This document shows, in pieces, positions 17,393 through 26,831 of a stretch of 29,560 nt of DNA (position 1 is its first letter; every line of letters begins with the position of its first letter). The notes under the pieces were generated by a model. That model was given only the letters and a program-made list of their open reading frames with translations. It did not search any database and was not told the DNA's origin. The position numbers and the translations under genes were made by a program. This stretch comes from Burkholderiales bacterium (GTDB lineage Bacteria; Pseudomonadota; Gammaproteobacteria; Burkholderiales; JAEUOS01). The stretch covers positions 1 through 29,560 of the forward strand of contig JAYTDE010000169.1 of NCBI GenBank assembly GCA_043736195.1, written 5' to 3'.

Positions 17393-18442
17393 ATGTTTCG
17401 CACCGACACCCTCCAGATCACCCCGGAGCTCCTGAACCTGATTGCCGGGATCGACGAGTTCAAGGGCGCCTGGCGCGCCTTCGGCACGCTCGCGCCGGAA
17501 CGTTTGTCCGCCCTGCGCCGAGTGGCGACGATCGAAAGCATAGGCTCTTCCACCCGGATCGAAGGCAGCAAGCTTTCAGACCGTGAAGTAGAACGTCTGC
17601 TTTCCAAGCTGGAGATCCAGTCCTTCGCGACCCGCGACGAACAGGAAGTGGCCGGCTACGCCGAACTGATGCAACTGGTCTTCGAGTCCTGGCAGGACAT
17701 CCGCATAAGCGAGAACCACATCAAGCAGTTGCACCAGACCTTGCTTCGCTTAAGCGACAAGGACCTACGGCACTGCGGCAACTACAAGACCCATCCGAAC
17801 CATGTGGCCGCGTTCGATGAAAACGGCAAGCAGATCGGCATCGTCTTCCAGACTGCCTCGCCATTCGACACGCCGCGACTGATGAGTGAACTGATCGCGT
17901 GGGTGGAAGAACAGCGCGCCACAGGGCATCTGCACCCGCTACTGATCATTGCGGTGGCGGTGATCGTATTCCTCGAAATTCATCCTTTCGAAGACGGCAA
18001 TGGCCGACTCAGCCGCGCGCTCACCACCCTGCTGCTGCTACAGACGGGTTACGCCTACGTGCCCTGCAGTTCACTGGAAAGCGTGATCGAGCAAAACAAG
18101 GAGGCCTACTACCTCGCCCTGCGGCAAACCCAGGGCAGCATCCGCACTGACGCGCCCGATTGGCAACCCTGGCTCACGTTTTTCCTGCGCTCCCTGGCTG
18201 AACAGGTGCGGCGGCTGGAAAAAAAGGTGGAACGCGAAAAAGTGGTACTGGCCGCGCTGCCGGAACACTCGCTGGCGATTGTGGAATTCGCGCGCGAACA
18301 TGGGCGCGTGACCATCGGCGAGGCGATCCGGCTGACCCAGGCGAACCGGAATACTTTGAAGATGCATTTTCGGGCGCTGGTTGAGCGCGGGACGCTCAAA
18401 CCTCGCGGCGGCGGGAGGGGCGCGTGGTATGAACTCCTGTGA
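17393..18442 (+). CDS. Fic family protein with N-terminal inhibitory helix and C-terminal winged HTH
   Basis: Canonical HPFEDGNGRLSR motif; SSTRIEG matches the (S/T)xxxE(G/N) autoinhibitory motif; C-terminal GRVTIGEAIRLTQANRNTLKMHFRALVERG looks like a wHTH. Confidence 0.93.
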   Translation: MFRTDTLQITPELLNLIAGIDEFKGAWRAFGTLAPERLSALRRVATIESIGSSTRIEGSKLSDREVERLLSKLEIQSFATRDEQEVAGYAELMQLVFESWQDIRISENHIKQLHQTLLRLSDKDLRHCGNYKTHPNHVAAFDENGKQIGIVFQTASPFDTPRLMSELIAWVEEQRATGHLHPLLIIAVAVIVFLEIHPFEDGNGRLSRALTTLLLLQTGYAYVPCSSLESVIEQNKEAYYLALRQTQGSIRTDAPDWQPWLTFFLRSLAEQVRRLEKKVEREKVVLAALPEHSLAIVEFAREHGRVTIGEAIRLTQANRNTLKMHFRALVERGTLKPRGGGRGAWYELL

Positions 18443-18594
18443 ACAAGGCCGCTGGGTGAATTGCTGCGACAAGCGCACAACCACCCCCTCACCCAGCCAC
18501 GGCGCAAGTGCAATACTGCTCAAGATGAACGACAATGAACGTGACGTGTTGCTCGAACACTTCACCCGCTTTTCGACATCAGACTAGATTCATC

Positions 18595-19647
18595 GTGGCC
18601 AGTTCGGATCAGCTCAAGGCGCTCATCAAGTCGCACATCAGTCGCGACGACGGGCAGTTTTTGTCCGTCGCCATGCAAGTCGCCGCGCACGAGGCCAAGT
18701 TGGGCCACGGCAAACTCGCTGAAGAACTGCGCGACATGATTGATGCCGCCAAGACCCGCCTTGGACAAGACCAATCCGGCAAAGTAGTCCCGATCGCCGG
18801 TGCACTCCATAGCGCGACCAAGCCGCGCGGCGAACTTGCGAATTTGCTATCGGTCAGCTACCCGGCGATCCGCTTGGGCGACATGGTGCTTGACGATGTC
18901 GCAAGCAAGCAACTGGAGCGCATCATCAAGGAGCAACGCCTCGGCGCGCGCATCAGGGAACATGGCCTCTCGCCGCGCCGCAAGCTTCTGCTCGTCGGCC
19001 CGCCCGGGACCGGCAAGACCATGACCGCCGCCGCGTTGGCGGGCGAGCTGGGCATACCCTTGTTCTCGGTACGACTGGATTCGCTGATCACCAAGTTCAT
19101 GGGCGAAACGGCGGCGAAGTTGCGGCAGGTGTTCGACGCGATTGCCGACCTGCGCGGCGTGTATTTCTTCGACGAGTTCGACGCCATCGGATCACAACGC
19201 GGCGCCTCCAACGACGTGGGCGAGATTCGGCGCGTGCTGAACAGCTTTCTGCAGATGATCGAGCACGACCAATCCAACAGCCTGATCATCGCCGCAACCA
19301 ACCATCCCGACGCGCTGGACTACGCACTGTTCCGGCGTTTCGACGATGTGGTGGAGTACCGCCTGCCTGCGCCCGAACAGGCCATCGGCCTGATTCGCTC
19401 GCGTTTGGGTGCATTCGCAACCAAACCATTCAAAGCCAGCGGCTTGGCCGAACAAGCAGCCGGCTTGAGCTTTGCGGAAATCTGCCGTGCGGTAGACGAA
19501 TCCATCAAGGACGCGATCATGCACGATCAATCCAAGGTACAGCGGGGCGTGCTGGAGCGCGCACTCGAAGTTCGACGACTGATCGGCACCAAACTCGAAA
19601 AAAACAGCTGGCACGGACCGAACCATGCCGGATCAAGCACCAGATAA
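18595..19647 (+). CDS. ietA: AAA+ ATPase of an IetAS-type ATPase/protease system
   Basis: GTG at 18595 gives MASSDQLKALIKSH...; Walker A GPPGTGKT, Walker B YFFDEFD, sensor ATNHP, SRH LDYALFRRFD; overlaps the S8 protease gene. Confidence 0.82.
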   Translation: MASSDQLKALIKSHISRDDGQFLSVAMQVAAHEAKLGHGKLAEELRDMIDAAKTRLGQDQSGKVVPIAGALHSATKPRGELANLLSVSYPAIRLGDMVLDDVASKQLERIIKEQRLGARIREHGLSPRRKLLLVGPPGTGKTMTAAALAGELGIPLFSVRLDSLITKFMGETAAKLRQVFDAIADLRGVYFFDEFDAIGSQRGASNDVGEIRRVLNSFLQMIEHDQSNSLIIAATNHPDALDYALFRRFDDVVEYRLPAPEQAIGLIRSRLGAFATKPFKASGLAEQAAGLSFAEICRAVDESIKDAIMHDQSKVQRGVLERALEVRRLIGTKLEKNSWHGPNHAGSSTR

Positions 19648-22183
19648 GCGTCGGCACCTGGTTCTAGCGAATACTTCGAAAGCCAGCCCATTCACGGCGC
19701 ACCAGGCCAAAGGCGGCAACAAGGCGGTCGTACCTGTTCGAGAGCGCGCTGCCCATGGCGCGGCCCTCCGAGCACAACTGCTCGCCCTGCAGCCGTTGGC
19801 AATTCAGGCTGCAGAACAGCAACGGCAGCAGGGCCTTGAGAGTGGTCTCGGCCTGCAGATCCAGTTCGTAGGCCTGCCGGATGTAACGCTCGCGTTCGAG
19901 AGCCTCGGCGACGAGCGCAGTCGCGACCCGCTAAAGCAGATCGAGGTTTTGAGTGTCCGCACTGAAGGCGCAACCACCATCGCCAACGTGTTCGTACCGG
20001 ATGGGAAGCTCCGCCATTTTGAGAAGTATGTCGCCGAGTACCTCGCAGCCAAGACCAACAAGAACGGGGACTTTATCGACCACAGCACCCTGTTCAATGC
20101 CCTCGACTCGATTCGCACCGCGGGGCTGCGCGCGCTTTGGAACGATGACATCGACCTCCTGCCGCGCGACGAGGCTGAACCATTCTGGTGGGAGGTCTGG
20201 TTGCCCGTGCGCGGCCGACGCCAAGTAGTGGTTGAAGATTTCCGCAAACTGGCCGCCTTGGCCGAGTGTCAAGTCGGCGCACATCAGATCAACTTTCCCG
20301 AACGCACTGTGGTTCTCATGTTCGGATCGCAGCAGCAGTTCGCGCAATCAGTCATGACGCTCAACTGCGTGGCGGAGCTGCGCCGGGCAAAGGAAACCGC
20401 CGAGTTTTTCCACAGCATGGCGCCATTGGAGCAACAGGGGTGGGTCGACGAGACCCTGGCCAGACTTGTGCTGCCAAACGATGCGGACAAAACCCCACGC
20501 GTATGCCTTCTCGATTCCGGCGTCAATCGCGGTCATCCCTTGCTCGCCCCATTGATCGCACACGAAGACTTGCACACGGTCGATCCCGCTTGGGGATTTG
20601 ACGACACCGCGAACCATGGCTCCGGACTGGCCGGACTCGCTGCATTTGGCGAGCTCTCAAGCGTACTTGCGTCCAACGGCGCAGTCGCGCTATCGCACCG
20701 GCTCGAATCAGTAAAGCTCACTCCGGAGCAGGGCGCCAATCCGGGTGATTCCAGATTGCACGGCTTCCTCTTCGCCGAAGCGGTGAGCCGCCCGGAGATT
20801 TCGGCGCCCAAGTGTCCTCGCTTGTTTACGTCAGCAGTCACATCCGCCGATGCACGCGATCGCGGGCGCCCGTCGGCATGGTCTGCCGCAGTTGATCGGC
20901 TGGCCGCGGACTATGACGGCGATGGACTGTTTCCGCGCCTGTTCGTACTCGCCGCAGGCAATACCGAGAGTCAGCTCGCCTTGAGCACCTATCCCGACAG
21001 CCTGACGACAAGCAGCATTTCCGATCCGGGTCAGGCCTGGAATGCACTCACCATAGGTGCCTTCACCGAAAAGGTCGTCATCACCGAAGCGGATGCGCAG
21101 CACTACCAGCCCGTCGCACCTGCAGGCGGCTTGAGCCCCTACACCACCACCAGCGGCGACTGGCAACCCGCGTCGCCGCTGAAGCCCGACATAGTCTTTG
21201 AAGGCGGAAATGCTGGCCTCGATACGCTCGGTTCAATGGGTATCTCAAGCCTGCACTTGCTGACGACCAACAACCGGCCCGTCGAACGCCTGTTTGCAAC
21301 GAGCAATGCGACCAGTGCCGCGTCGGCCCTGGCGGCGCGCATGGCGGCGCAGCTCATGGCCGCTTACCCGTCGTTGCGTCCGGAAACAATCCGCGCCTTG
21401 ATGGTGCACTCGGCCGAGTGGACCGACGCGATGAAAGCCACCTACCTGCCGAACAACAAGGCCGCGACGAAAGCGGATTTCGTTCATCTGATCCGCCATT
21501 GCGGATGGGGCGTAACGAACCTTGATCGGGCGTTGTGGAGCGCGGGCAACTCGTTGACATTGGTAGTCGAAGATCTTATCCACCCCTACCAAAAGACGAA
21601 GGAAAAAGGCATCGTCAGCCGCGACATGAACCTTCATTCCCTGCCGTGGCCGAAGGATCAACTCGAAGCGCTGCCGCCGGATACGCAAGTTGAATTGCGC
21701 ATCACCCTGTCTTACTTCATCGAGCCCAATCCCTCGGCACGCGGCACCGCCTCCAAGTTTCACTACCCCTCGCATCGCCTGCGGTTCGACGTTCAGCGAC
21801 CACTGGATACGACTACAGAGGATTTTGTCGCGCGGGTAAACGCCGCTGCGGCGCGTGAGGACGACGCGGACCCGATCGATGCCAAGGACCCCGATTGGCT
21901 GCTAGGCAACATGAAGCGCAATCGCGGATCGCTGCACCAGGACAGTTGGCACGGTACCGCCGCCGAACTGGCCAGCCGCGGCTTCATCGCGGTGTACCCC
22001 GCGATCGGCTGGTGGCGCACACGCCCGGCCCAGGAACGCTATGACCTGCCCGCGAGATACAGCCTGGTCGTCTCCATCAGGACGCCAGAGGTTGATGTGG
22101 ATCTCTACACTCCCATCGCTCAGCAGATCGCCGCACAGATTGAGCTGCCGGTTGCAGTGGCGATTGGCGATGGCAATGCCTGA
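19625..22183 (+). CDS. ietS: S8 subtilisin-like serine protease of an IetAS-type system
   Basis: Catalytic elements LLDSGV (Asp), NHGSGLAG (His), LAAGN (oxyanion Asn) and ATSAAS (Ser); long N-terminal domain; no signal peptide; 23-nt overlap with the AAA gene. Confidence 0.85.
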   Translation: MPDQAPDKRRHLVLANTSKASPFTAHQAKGGNKAVVPVRERAAHGAALRAQLLALQPLAIQAAEQQRQQGLESGLGLQIQFVGLPDVTLAFESLGDERSRDPLKQIEVLSVRTEGATTIANVFVPDGKLRHFEKYVAEYLAAKTNKNGDFIDHSTLFNALDSIRTAGLRALWNDDIDLLPRDEAEPFWWEVWLPVRGRRQVVVEDFRKLAALAECQVGAHQINFPERTVVLMFGSQQQFAQSVMTLNCVAELRRAKETAEFFHSMAPLEQQGWVDETLARLVLPNDADKTPRVCLLDSGVNRGHPLLAPLIAHEDLHTVDPAWGFDDTANHGSGLAGLAAFGELSSVLASNGAVALSHRLESVKLTPEQGANPGDSRLHGFLFAEAVSRPEISAPKCPRLFTSAVTSADARDRGRPSAWSAAVDRLAADYDGDGLFPRLFVLAAGNTESQLALSTYPDSLTTSSISDPGQAWNALTIGAFTEKVVITEADAQHYQPVAPAGGLSPYTTTSGDWQPASPLKPDIVFEGGNAGLDTLGSMGISSLHLLTTNNRPVERLFATSNATSAASALAARMAAQLMAAYPSLRPETIRALMVHSAEWTDAMKATYLPNNKAATKADFVHLIRHCGWGVTNLDRALWSAGNSLTLVVEDLIHPYQKTKEKGIVSRDMNLHSLPWPKDQLEALPPDTQVELRITLSYFIEPNPSARGTASKFHYPSHRLRFDVQRPLDTTTEDFVARVNAAAAREDDADPIDAKDPDWLLGNMKRNRGSLHQDSWHGTAAELASRGFIAVYPAIGWWRTRPAQERYDLPARYSLVVSIRTPEVDVDLYTPIAQQIAAQIELPVAVAIGDGNA

Positions 22184-22451
22184 CCGACCGGCGCACGACC
22201 TGCGCATTGCTTATCCGGACGTGAGGAGGGTGTCGCTGCGCAACCCAAACAAAACGCTGGCCGTCGCGCAGACATGGCAAGGCGCAGAATTTGTGCAGGA
22301 GGCTCCTGCACAACTACCCTGGTTCCGCCGTCGCGCCTTTACGAACGCAGTGGCCGAGCACGCGGCCCTGGGATGGACGAAGGTCATTTTTTGGCTTCCA
22401 ATTGTCGGCGCGGGTGGTCGACGGTTCCCAGCTGCGCTATTGCGCGCTTGA
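22176..22451 (+). pseudogene. Degenerate DUF1016/YhcG N-terminal-domain fragment (copy 1)
   Basis: PDRPAHDLRIAYPDVRRVSLRNPNKTLAVAQTWQGAEFVQEAPAQLPWF resembles the remembered YhcG consensus IDRLAxDLRxAFPDMKGFSxRNLKYMRxFAEAWPDxEFVQxxxAQLPW. No PD-(D/E)xK C-terminal domain follows. Confidence 0.6.
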
Positions 22452-22526
22452 AGTGGCTTTTCCGCGCAAAAACCCTCTACACTCAACTTCCCCGCGACGA
22501 ATCCCGCGCCCCGTCACCCGCCAACC

Positions 22527-25304
22527 ATGACCCCCGAAGCCAGGGCACGCGAACACATCGACCGTAAGCTTGAACAGGCGGGCTGGGCGGTTCAGGACTT
22601 GAAGCAGATCAACCTCGGCGCTGCGCGAGGGATTGCGGTGCGCGAATACCCCACCGACACCGGGCCGGCCGACGACGTGCTGTTCGTTGACCGGGAAGCG
22701 GTGGGCGTGATCGAGGCCAAGCGCGACGAAGCGGCCGAGAACATCACCACGCATGAAGATCAAACCGCGCGCTACGCCCATGCCGCGCTGAAATGGCGGG
22801 TCAATACCACCCCGCTGCCGTTCCTTTTCGAGAGCACCAGCCAGATCATCCGCTTCACCGACAACCGCGATCCGGTGCCGCGTTCACGCGAGATATTCCA
22901 CTTTTTCAAGCCCGATCAACTAGTCGCGTGGGCCAAGCAGCCCGACACGTTGCGCCGCCGCTTGGCCGAACAGATGCCCGCCCTGCCGGAACGCAATCTG
23001 CGTGACTGCCAGGTAAGCGCCGTGACCGGGCTGGAACAGTCGCTTGCACAGAACAGACCACGCGCACTGGTGCATATGGCTACCGGCGCCGGCAAGACCT
23101 TCACCGCCATCACCTCTGTATATCGCCTGCTCAAGTTCGCGCGGGCCAAGCGCATCCTGTTCCTGGTGGACACCCGCAACCTCGGCAAGCAGGCGCACCA
23201 GGAGTTCATGGCCTACACCCCGCCGGACGATGGCCGCAAGTTCACCGAGCTCTACAACGTGCAGCGGCCGGCCTCGCCGAATATCGACCCGCATGCGCAA
23301 GTGTGCATTTCCACCATCCAGCGCATGTATTCCATCCTCGCCGGTGAGCCGATCGACGATTCGGCCGAGGACGTTTCGCTCAATGAAGTGCGGCAAACCG
23401 GGGCGCAGACCAAGCTGGTGCGCTACAACCCGGCCGTGCCGGTGGAGACCTTCGACTTCATCATCATCGATGAATGCCACCGCTCCATCTACAACCTGTG
23501 GAAGCAGGTGCTCGACTATTTCGACGCCACCCTGATCGGCCTGACCGCCACGCCGGACAAGCGGACCTTCGGCTTTTTCAACGAGAACATCGTCGCCGAG
23601 TACACCTATGAACAATCGGTAGCCGATGGCGTGAACGTCGGCTACGACGTGTTCGAGATCGAGACGGAAAAAACCAAGAAGGGCGGTGAGGTCAAGGCCC
23701 GCGAATGGGTGGACCACCGCGACCGCCAGACCCGCAAAAAGCGCTGGGCGCAAACCGAGGAAGACATCCTCTACGAAGGCCGTGACCTCGACCGGTCAGT
23801 CGTCAACCCCAGCCAGATCCGCACCGTCATCCAGGCCATGAAAACGGCGGTGGAAACGCAAATCTTCCCGACCCGCCGCGAAGTGCCCAAGACCCTGATC
23901 TTCGCCAAGACCGACAGCCACGCCGACGACATCATCAACATCGTGCGCGAGGTGTACGGCCAGGGCAACGCCTTCTGCAAGAAAGTGACCTACCGCACCG
24001 AGGAAGACCCCGACAGCATCCTCGCCAGCTTTCGCAACGACTACAACCCGCGCATCGCGGTGACGGTGGACATGATCGCCACTGGCACCGATGTGAAACC
24101 GCTGGAAGTACTGCTCTTCATGCGCGACGTGCGCAGCAAGGGCTACTACGCGCAGATGAAAGGCCGCGGGGTACGCAGCCTGGGCTACGACGACCTGAAG
24201 CGCGTATCCAACAGCGCGGACAGCGCCAAGACCCGCTTCGTATTGATCGACGCCGTCGGGGTTGAGAAATCCTGCAAGACCGAAAGCCGGCCGCTGGAGA
24301 AGAAACCCACCACCCCGCTGAAAGACCTGCTGCAAGGCGTAGCCATCGGACACCGCGACGACGACACCGTGTTGAGCCTGGCCAACCGGCTGGTGCGCCT
24401 GGCCAAGCAGCTCGACGAAAAAGCCCAAGCCAAAATCGAAAAAGCCTCCGGCGGCATCCCGATCGCCGAACTGGGAAAAGGCCTCATCACCGCCTTGGAC
24501 CCCGACAAAATCGTCGAAGCCGCCATCGCCACCGCCGCCGCCAAAGGCATTACCCGCGGCGAAGACACCCTGACGCCTGAAGAGATCGCCGCCGAGCGCG
24601 CCAAACGCGTCGCCGCCTGCGCACCCTTCGACCAGCCCGAACTACGGCAGCAAATCGAAGCCGCCCGTCAGGAACGCGAACAACTCATCGACCACCTCAA
24701 CCTCGACCAGGTGACCTTCGCCGGCTACAGCGCCCAGGCCGAGGAACAGGCCAACAAGACCATCCAGACCTTTACCGACTACATCGCCCAACACAAGGAC
24801 GAAATCGCCGCGCTGAGCTTTTTCTACCAGCAACCCTACCAGCGCCGCACGCTCACCTTCGACATGATCGAAGACCTGCACGACACCCTGAGCAAGCCGC
24901 CCCTCATGCTCACCACCGAACGCCTGTGGAGCGCCTACGCGCGCGTACAGGCCAGCAACGTCAAGGGCGCGGACATCAAACGCCAACTCACCGACCTGAT
25001 CGCCCTGGTGCGGTACGCCATCGGCCTAGACACTGAATTGAAACCCTTTAGCGAACAAGTGGACAAGCGCTTCCAGGAATGGATATTCCGCCACAACGCC
25101 CAACGCGCCACTGCATTCACCCCCGAGCAAACCGATTGGCTACGCCTAATCAAGGACCACATCGCCAGCAGTTGCAGTATCAGCCGGGATGATTTTGATT
25201 TTGCGGGGCTGGCGGATAAGGGGGGGTTGCAAAAGGCTTGGGCGCTGTTCGGCAACCAACTTGATGAACTGATGGTCGATATGAATGAGGAGTTGGTCGC
25301 TTGA
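22527..25304 (+). CDS. hsdR: Type I restriction endonuclease subunit R
   Basis: Nuclease elements GPAD..LF...VIEAK and QTARY; Walker A MATGAGKT; DECH box; LTATP; TVDMIATGTD; QMKGRG; helical C-terminal domain. Confidence 0.93.
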   Translation: MTPEARAREHIDRKLEQAGWAVQDLKQINLGAARGIAVREYPTDTGPADDVLFVDREAVGVIEAKRDEAAENITTHEDQTARYAHAALKWRVNTTPLPFLFESTSQIIRFTDNRDPVPRSREIFHFFKPDQLVAWAKQPDTLRRRLAEQMPALPERNLRDCQVSAVTGLEQSLAQNRPRALVHMATGAGKTFTAITSVYRLLKFARAKRILFLVDTRNLGKQAHQEFMAYTPPDDGRKFTELYNVQRPASPNIDPHAQVCISTIQRMYSILAGEPIDDSAEDVSLNEVRQTGAQTKLVRYNPAVPVETFDFIIIDECHRSIYNLWKQVLDYFDATLIGLTATPDKRTFGFFNENIVAEYTYEQSVADGVNVGYDVFEIETEKTKKGGEVKAREWVDHRDRQTRKKRWAQTEEDILYEGRDLDRSVVNPSQIRTVIQAMKTAVETQIFPTRREVPKTLIFAKTDSHADDIINIVREVYGQGNAFCKKVTYRTEEDPDSILASFRNDYNPRIAVTVDMIATGTDVKPLEVLLFMRDVRSKGYYAQMKGRGVRSLGYDDLKRVSNSADSAKTRFVLIDAVGVEKSCKTESRPLEKKPTTPLKDLLQGVAIGHRDDDTVLSLANRLVRLAKQLDEKAQAKIEKASGGIPIAELGKGLITALDPDKIVEAAIATAAAKGITRGEDTLTPEEIAAERAKRVAACAPFDQPELRQQIEAARQEREQLIDHLNLDQVTFAGYSAQAEEQANKTIQTFTDYIAQHKDEIAALSFFYQQPYQRRTLTFDMIEDLHDTLSKPPLMLTTERLWSAYARVQASNVKGADIKRQLTDLIALVRYAIGLDTELKPFSEQVDKRFQEWIFRHNAQRATAFTPEQTDWLRLIKDHIASSCSISRDDFDFAGLADKGGLQKAWALFGNQLDELMVDMNEELVA

Positions 25305-26830
25305 ACCCTGGAATTCCTCAAGGTTGGGCGTCAGCCACATTGGATGAAGTGGCGGTCTGGGCGTCCGGTGGGACGCCTTCTCGATCAAATGCCAATTTCT
25401 ATTCGGGGGCAATTCCTTGGTTCAAAACTGGAGAGCTTGGCCCACGTTTGCTATACGAATCGGAAGAGCGCATATCTCCTGAGGCGCTTGCACAGTCATC
25501 TGCAAAAGTTTTTCCACAGGGAGCCGTGGCTATCGCTATGTATGGTGCAACGATTGGAAAGACGTCAATCCTAGGAATCGATGCAGCAACAAATCAGGCA
25601 TGTGCAGTTGGGATACCTGACGCCGTATCGTCTGAATTTCTGTATCACTATTTAATTTCGCAAACTCGAAACTTCGTTGAAATTGGCAAAGATGGGGCGC
25701 AGCCAAACATTTCGCAAGGTATCGTCAAGGCGTGGCCGATTCTCGTTCCGCCAAGACCAGAGCAAGCACGTATTGTCGACAAGCTTGAAGAGCTTCTGTC
25801 CGATTTGGACTCTGGCGTCGCGGAAATCCAAGCGGCACAGAAAAAGCTAATCCAATACCGCCAATCCCTATTGAAAGCAGCCGTCGAAGGCGCCCTCACC
25901 GCAGACTGGCGCGCTGAACGCGCCAGGCGCGACGAGCCCATCGAGACCGGCGCGCAACTGCTGGAGCGCGTCCTCCGCGAACGTCGCGCCCGGTGGGAAG
26001 CCAGGCAGCTCGCGAAGTTTGCGGAACAAGGCAAATCACCGTCGAAGGATTGGCGTGAAAAATATCCCGAGCCGTTGCGCGCAGACGCAAGCCAATTGAC
26101 AGAGTTGCCAGACCGGTGGGTGTGGGCGACCATCGATCAGATTTCGCAAGTGGGCACGGGTGTGACGCCTCTTAGATCAAATGCCGCTTATTTCGACGAA
26201 GGTACTGTTCCGTGGGTGACCAGTGGCGCGCTTAACAGCGAAACCGTGACTTTGGCGACTGAACACGTCACGGAACTTGCCTTGAAGGAATGTCGTCTGG
26301 AAATTTATCCCGCTGGCTCACTCTTGGTAGCAATGTACGGTGAAGGCAAAACGCGGGGCAAGTGCTCTGAACTATTGATTCCAGCGACGATCAATCAAGC
26401 AATAGCCGCAATTGTGCTGGAGCTCGAAGCTCAAGCGTCCAAGGCCTATGTAAAAGCGTTTTTGTTTGATAGCTACGAACGGATGCGAGCTCAAGCCTCC
26501 GGTGGGGTTCAACCGAACCTGAACCTTCAAATTGTTAAGTCAATCGTGTTGCCTCTTCCGCCGAATGTTGAGCAAACTGAGATCACGAAGTTGTTGGCGG
26601 GGCAATTTGATCAAATCAGTCAACAGCGGATAGCGGTAGAACTTGGCCTGAAACAAGCAGCCGCACAGCGCAAGAACATCCTCAAAGCAGCTTTCTCCGA
26701 CCAACTCGTCCCGCAAGACCCCAACGACGAACCAGCCAATGTGCTACTCGAGCGCATCCGCGCGGAGCGAGCTACGGGTAGGAAAGCCGCCAGGCCACAC
26801 AGAGCCGATACCGCCAAACGGGCCGCATGA
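25301..26830 (+). CDS. hsdS: Type I RM specificity subunit S (two TRDs)
   Basis: TTG start overlapping the hsdR TGA. TRD1 (GGTPSR..IPWFKTGEL, MYGATIGK, QPNIS), conserved PPRPEQARIV, spacer, TRD2 (GVTPLR..VPWVTSGAL, MYGEGKTRGK, QPNLN), PLPPNVEQ, C-terminal PQDPNDEPA.LLERIRAER. TRD DNA is visibly more AT-rich than the flanks. Confidence 0.93.
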   Translation: MNPGIPQGWASATLDEVAVWASGGTPSRSNANFYSGAIPWFKTGELGPRLLYESEERISPEALAQSSAKVFPQGAVAIAMYGATIGKTSILGIDAATNQACAVGIPDAVSSEFLYHYLISQTRNFVEIGKDGAQPNISQGIVKAWPILVPPRPEQARIVDKLEELLSDLDSGVAEIQAAQKKLIQYRQSLLKAAVEGALTADWRAERARRDEPIETGAQLLERVLRERRARWEARQLAKFAEQGKSPSKDWREKYPEPLRADASQLTELPDRWVWATIDQISQVGTGVTPLRSNAAYFDEGTVPWVTSGALNSETVTLATEHVTELALKECRLEIYPAGSLLVAMYGEGKTRGKCSELLIPATINQAIAAIVLELEAQASKAYVKAFLFDSYERMRAQASGGVQPNLNLQIVKSIVLPLPPNVEQTEITKLLAGQFDQISQQRIAVELGLKQAAAQRKNILKAAFSDQLVPQDPNDEPANVLLERIRAERATGRKAARPHRADTAKRAA

Positions 26831-26831
26831 C

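Noticed and set aside
18525-18587. Small ORF MNDNERDVLLEHFTRFSTSD between fic and ietA, and a possible extended -10 (TGcAATACT, 18509-18517)
   Set aside because: No convincing RBS or family resemblance, and the promoter match is only 4/6; not supportable without TSS or ribosome data.
18218-25226. Homopolymer runs (A7 in fic, A7 near the ietA end, G7 near the hsdR end) as phase-variation switches
   Set aside because: Runs are short and all genes are in frame; no evidence of slippage.
25301-26830. Invertible hsdS shufflon
   Set aside because: Only one hsdS, no inverted repeats recognised and no recombinase in the window.
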